DNA of 64,000 bases, taken from positions 512,001-576,000 of the forward strand of contig CAWGHO010000002.1 in the NCBI GenBank assembly GCA_963822445.1, given 5' to 3'. Every line of letters starts with the position of its first letter. The stretch's first letter is position 1. Shown here piece by piece: positions 60,034 to 64,000 of the stretch. The notes below the pieces were generated by a model. It worked only from the letters and a program-made list of their open reading frames with translations. It did no database searches and had not been told where the DNA came from. This stretch comes from an uncultured Acidobacteriota bacterium (GTDB lineage Bacteria; Acidobacteriota; Thermoanaerobaculia; Gp7-AA8). Made by a program: the position numbers and the translations under genes.

Positions 60034-60951
60034 CTAACGCAACTTCACAGTCGCAACGACCTCATTTCCATTTCCCCGATACTCCACCCGATCGAACGAC
60101 ATGGCCCGGGCGATGGCGATGCCGCGGCCGTGATTGTCGAAGGCCCGGCGGGTGTCGACTTCGACGTACTTTTCCCACGGAAAACCCGGGCCTTCGTCGC
60201 GGATGGTGAATCGGAGCTCGTCGGGAGTGCGGTCGATGTTCAGCTCCACCCGCTTGTTGGCGTTCTCCGGCAGCGCCAGGCGGCGGCGCACTTCCGCATC
60301 CCAGGTCCCGGCGGCATTGAGCGCGGTCTTGTCTTCGTAGGTGATGCCGAGGTTTCCGTGCTCGACGGCGTTCACCAGGAGCTCGGTCAGGCCGATGACC
60401 GCGCTGACCGGGTCGGGGCACGCATTCACCAGGACGGCGGCGGTGTCGCGAGCCTGATCGACAGTCTGGATGCGCAGCGTGGCGTGCTCGATGAGCGTCA
60501 GGCACTCCACGCCGAGGCGCACGCGCTGCTGCAGCTCTTTGTACTCCGCGAAATCGCGCACGGCCGTGCCGACGACGGCGGTCAGCGTCTGCCCGTCATA
60601 CGGTTTGGTGAGGTAGTAGTAGGCACCGGCGCGGATTCCTTCCACGATCTGCGGGCGGTCCGCGAGCGCCGTCTGCAGAATCACCGGAAGCATGCGCAGG
60701 TGCGGCGTGCTCTTGATGCGCGTCAAGACCTCGATCCCGTTCATGCGCGGCATCTGGCGATCGAGCAGGACCGCGTCATAGGAAAGCGGCTGCTGCTCGA
60801 GCAGGGACATGGCCTCGATGCCGTCGTTCGCGAACTCGAGCTCATAGCCGTTCGACGAGAGGTGGGCCTGGAGCAGCGTCCGGTCGAGCGCGTTGTCGTC
60901 GACGATCAGAACCCGGGCGTTGTCCGACACCGATTCGCGCTCGCTGTACAT
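60034..60951 (-). CDS. Response regulator receiver fused to a HATPase (anti-sigma-like) domain
   Basis: VLIVDD, LLDRQMP and YLTKP; ELLVNAVEHGN, DEGPGF and HGRGI. Confidence 0.85.
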   Translation of the reverse strand: MYSERESVSDNARVLIVDDNALDRTLLQAHLSSNGYELEFANDGIEAMSLLEQQPLSYDAVLLDRQMPRMNGIEVLTRIKSTPHLRMLPVILQTALADRPQIVEGIRAGAYYYLTKPYDGQTLTAVVGTAVRDFAEYKELQQRVRLGVECLTLIEHATLRIQTVDQARDTAAVLVNACPDPVSAVIGLTELLVNAVEHGNLGITYEDKTALNAAGTWDAEVRRRLALPENANKRVELNIDRTPDELRFTIRDEGPGFPWEKYVEVDTRRAFDNHGRGIAIARAMSFDRVEYRGNGNEVVATVKLR

Positions 60952-60989
60952 GAAGGGATACAGCGTAGCGCATGAGATCATCGGCGGTC

Positions 60990-61256
60990 ATGCCGGACGC
61001 CTGTTCTCACCTCGCCGCAATCAAAGAGTTGAAGACGCCGCAGAAGCGCGAATGCGAGGAGTGCGTGAAGATCGGATCGCGCTGGCTGCATCTGCGCACC
61101 TGCCAGACCTGCGGCGGTACGCGCTGCTGTGATTCCTCGCCGAACCAGCACGCCAGCAAGCACGCCAGGGCCACCACCCACCCCGTCATCGCCTCGGCCG
61201 AACCGGGCGAGCGCTGGCTGTACTGCTTTCCCGATGACGAGATGGCGGAGTACTGA
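60990..61256 (+). CDS. UBP-type zinc finger protein
   Basis: CSH...CEEC...WLHLRTCQTCG...CCDSSPNQHASKH...EPGERWLYC. Confidence 0.9.
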   Translation: MPDACSHLAAIKELKTPQKRECEECVKIGSRWLHLRTCQTCGGTRCCDSSPNQHASKHARATTHPVIASAEPGERWLYCFPDDEMAEY

Positions 61257-61258
61257 CG

Positions 61259-62155
61259 ATGAAATCCTGGCCACCGCTCCGCTACGACGACTGGGCCGAT
61301 ACCGCGCAGACACTGCACATGTGGACGCAGGTCGTGGGCAAGGTCCGCATGATGAAGTCGCCGCCGGTGAATCACTCGTGGCATGTCGTCCTGTACGTCA
61401 CGTCACGCGGTCTGAGCACATCTCCGGTTCCCAGCGGTGAAGGGACGTTCGAGATCGAATTCGATTTCATCGATCACAAGCTGCGCATCGTCACCACGGA
61501 AGGCGACGAGCGCGATTTCCGGCTCGAGCCGATGACGGTCGCCGATTTTTACGCGAAGGTCATGGCCGCGCTGGCGGAGCTCGGCGTCGACGTGACCATC
61601 TATCCGATTCCCAGCGAAGTCGCGGAGCCGATCGCCTTCACGAAAGACACGGTTCATCGATCGTATGACCCCGCCGCGGTGGAGCGCTTCTGGCGCGTGC
61701 TCGTCGATTCGTGCCGCGTCCTGACCCTCTTCCGCTCGCGGTTTCTGGGGAAGGTCAGCCCCGTGCATTTCTTCTGGGGGGCGATCGATCTCGCGGTGAC
61801 GCGCTTCTCGGGACGCGAGGCGCCACCGCATCCGGGAGCGCCCGGCCTCCCGCTCCGCGTGGCGCGCGAGGCGTATTCGCACGAGGTCTCGAGCGCGGGA
61901 TTCTGGCCGGGCGGCAACGGCTTCGATGCGGTGTTCTACTCGTACGCGTATCCGGAGCCGGAGGGCTATGCGCAGGCCGCTGTGAAACCGGCCGAAGCGT
62001 TTTACAGCGCCGATCTGCGCGAGTTCGTGCTGCCGTATGACGCCGTGCGCAACAGCGCATCGCCGGACGAGACGCTCATGGAGTTTCTGCAGTCGACGTA
62101 CGAGGCGGCCGCGGATCTGGGGAAGTGGGACAGGAAGGCGTTGGAGCGAACGTAG
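61259..62155 (+). CDS. DUF5996-like conserved protein
   Basis: TLHMWTQVVGKVR, NHSWH, SPVHFFWG.DLAVTRFSGR and EAYSHEVSSAGFWPG. Confidence 0.8.
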   Translation: MKSWPPLRYDDWADTAQTLHMWTQVVGKVRMMKSPPVNHSWHVVLYVTSRGLSTSPVPSGEGTFEIEFDFIDHKLRIVTTEGDERDFRLEPMTVADFYAKVMAALAELGVDVTIYPIPSEVAEPIAFTKDTVHRSYDPAAVERFWRVLVDSCRVLTLFRSRFLGKVSPVHFFWGAIDLAVTRFSGREAPPHPGAPGLPLRVAREAYSHEVSSAGFWPGGNGFDAVFYSYAYPEPEGYAQAAVKPAEAFYSADLREFVLPYDAVRNSASPDETLMEFLQSTYEAAADLGKWDRKALERT

Positions 62156-62251
62156 GGCGGGCGTCTCGCCCGCTATGCGCCGGGCATCCTGCCCGGCGGG
62201 ATCACGGCCGCGCAGGATGCGCGGCCGGAGCGGGCGGGACGCCCGCCGTAC
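62152..62251. repeat. REP-like multi-hairpin element between convergent genes
   Basis: GTAGGGCGGGCGTCTCGCCCGC ... GCGGGCGGGACGCCCGCCGTAC, with inner hairpins CCGGGCATCCTGCCCGG and GGCCGCGCAGGATGCGCGGCC. Confidence 0.7.
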
Positions 62252-63207
62252 TGTCCGCATGCTCATCGAGCCACGCCAGAATCTCGCGGATGCTACCCGT
62301 CGCCAGCGCGATGCACGTATCGGCCGCGCCGTAGTACAGATTCAGCGTGTCGCCGTCCGCACCGATCGTGTAGCCGCAGGGAAAGGCCACGTTGCCGACG
62401 TCTCCGTGGATCTCGTACGGCGTTTCCGGTCCGAAGATCCATTCGTCGCCGCGCAGCAGCAGTTTCTCCGGCTGTTCGAGATCGAAGAGGGCCACGCCCA
62501 GATCGATACAGGCTGCCGGCGGCGTTGTGCCGAACGCCGTGGTAGATCATCAGCCAGCCGCGCTCCGTCTCGATGAGCGGTGGTGAAAGGCCGACCTTGT
62601 TCGCGTCCCACCATCCACCGCGCCGGGCCTGCAGCATCATCCGGTGACCGCCCCAGCTCCGCAGGTCGGCGAGTAGGAGATCCAGACGTGCGCGCCGGAA
62701 TCGGCGATGGGCCGGTGCACGAGCGCCCACATGCCGTCGATGCGGCGCGGCAGCAGCGCCGCATCCTTGTCGTCGGGCTGCATCACCAGGCCGAGCCGCT
62801 CGAAATGGACGAAATCCTCGGTCATCGCCAGCGACACGCCCGGCCCGCCCTTGCCGAACGCGGTGTACGCGATCGCGTACTTGCCGAGCTCCGGAACGAA
62901 CGTGATGCGCGGATCTTCGATGCCCCACAGCTCCTCGGGATGATTCTCGGGATCGGCGACGGAGCGTCGGCTCGCGATCGATGACCCAGCCGGTGACGCC
63001 GTCGGCCGAACGCGCCGCGCAGAGATGCGAGTGTCCGCGCCGGTCCTCGACCCTGCACAGCAGCAGCGTCGTGCCGTCGGGGAGCAGCGTCGCACCGGCG
63101 TTGAAGACCGTGTGCACTGGATATGGCCAGTCCGCCGCGGTGAGAATGGGATTGCGCTCGCTGCGATGGAAGAGCGTTTCGTATCGAACCGCGCTGACCG
63201 CGCTCAT
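62202..63207 (-). CDS. GH130-family glycosidase/phosphorylase with three apparent frameshifts
   Basis: NPIL, VFNAGA, GIEDPRIT, DKDAALLP, HRP, IYHGV, GDVGNVAFPCG and YYGAAD, spread across frames. Confidence 0.85.
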
Positions 63208-64000
63208 CCCGCGCTCACCGCCATCATTGCTTCGACAGGCTCGCTGACCGGGATCTGCATCGCGTTCCAGCGCACTTCATCCGCACGCATGTCCATCAGC
63301 GCGAGGAGGAAGGAGAGCGTCGACTCGGCGCCCTGGTTCTCGTTCACGCGATCGACGTGCAGCGCGTCGCGGCATCCGCCGGACAGCGGATCGTAGAGCG
63401 GCTGCTGCAACTGGTTCTGGCCGAGGAACCAGGTGAATGCGCGGCGGGCATGCTCGGCCCAGCGATGATCGCCGGTCGTCGCGGAACGCGTGCATGCACG
63501 CGGAAACCGTCGCGCAGGCCTCGACCGGCTGCTGATCGAACGCCGCCACGGTCATCCCGCGATCGAAGAAGCCGTTCGTTCCGACGGGCGCGAAGTATCC
63601 GTCCGGCGTCCGCTGAATGGTCATCAGCCACTCCAGCGAGCGGAGGCCGGTCGCCGTCATCTCCGCGTCGCCGGTCCACGATCCCGTTGCGATGAGCGCC
63701 TGCGGCAGACGCGCGTTGCAGTACGTGACGCGGTTCTCGCACCACGGCCATTCCGGCTGATCGGTGCGGCGGAAGAGCGTGAGCAAGCGGTCCGCGATCT
63801 CGCGTCCCATCGTCTGCACGTTTCGATCGCCCTCGAACGCGCGCAGGTATTGCTCGATTCCGAGCAGCGTGTACGCCCACGCGCGGGGGCTGGTGAAGGT
63901 CGACACCGCCGGAAGCGCGTCATGGAACAGCGCGCTGGCGAGACTCTGCCGGCCGGGATCGGGTGAAGTCCCACCACCGTTCCCAGCGCCCACAGCGCGC
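63204..64000 (-). CDS. C-terminal domain of a glycosyltransferase-associated protein of the kind usually found upstream of GH130; partial and frameshifted
   Basis: SPRAWAYTLLG, TYCNARLPQAL, FDQQPVEA and GGCRDAL...NENQGAESTLSFLLA. Confidence 0.75.

Overview
High-GC bacterial DNA. The gene repertoire (ECF sigma + TPR pairs, PD40 Ser/Thr kinases, IPTL-CTERM proteins, carboxypeptidase-regulatory-like domains) suggests Acidobacteriota/Thermoanaerobaculia, but this is an inference. About 4.1-34.1 kb is an accessory mosaic. It holds a coupled three-gene operon of unknown function, pseudogene scars, and a divergently regulated operon (helical protein, protealysin-like M4 protease, 107-aa protein, 41-aa basic peptide, amidase) bracketed by two regulator + TPR pairs. 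It also holds an 18-unit 21-bp phased palindrome array, a NACHT/STAND protein with a C-terminal PD-(D/E)XK nuclease, a large serine recombinase, and a secreted-protein cluster. A decayed copy of the 3' end of the glycosyltransferase gene at 34.1-35.4 kb sits at 7.4-7.7 kb and may mark the far end of a ~27-kb integrated element. The right half is mostly ordinary: a two-component system, otsBA, a degenerate HAD phosphatase, YbaL, a BNR protein, a kinase, MMPL, a TonB-dependent receptor, an ice-binding protein, a CheB/CheR-kinase fusion, DUF5996, GH130 and a glycosyltransferase. Several single-base frameshifts look like sequencing errors. I found no rRNA, tRNA or CRISPR array. All family calls come from motif recognition by eye, not database searches.
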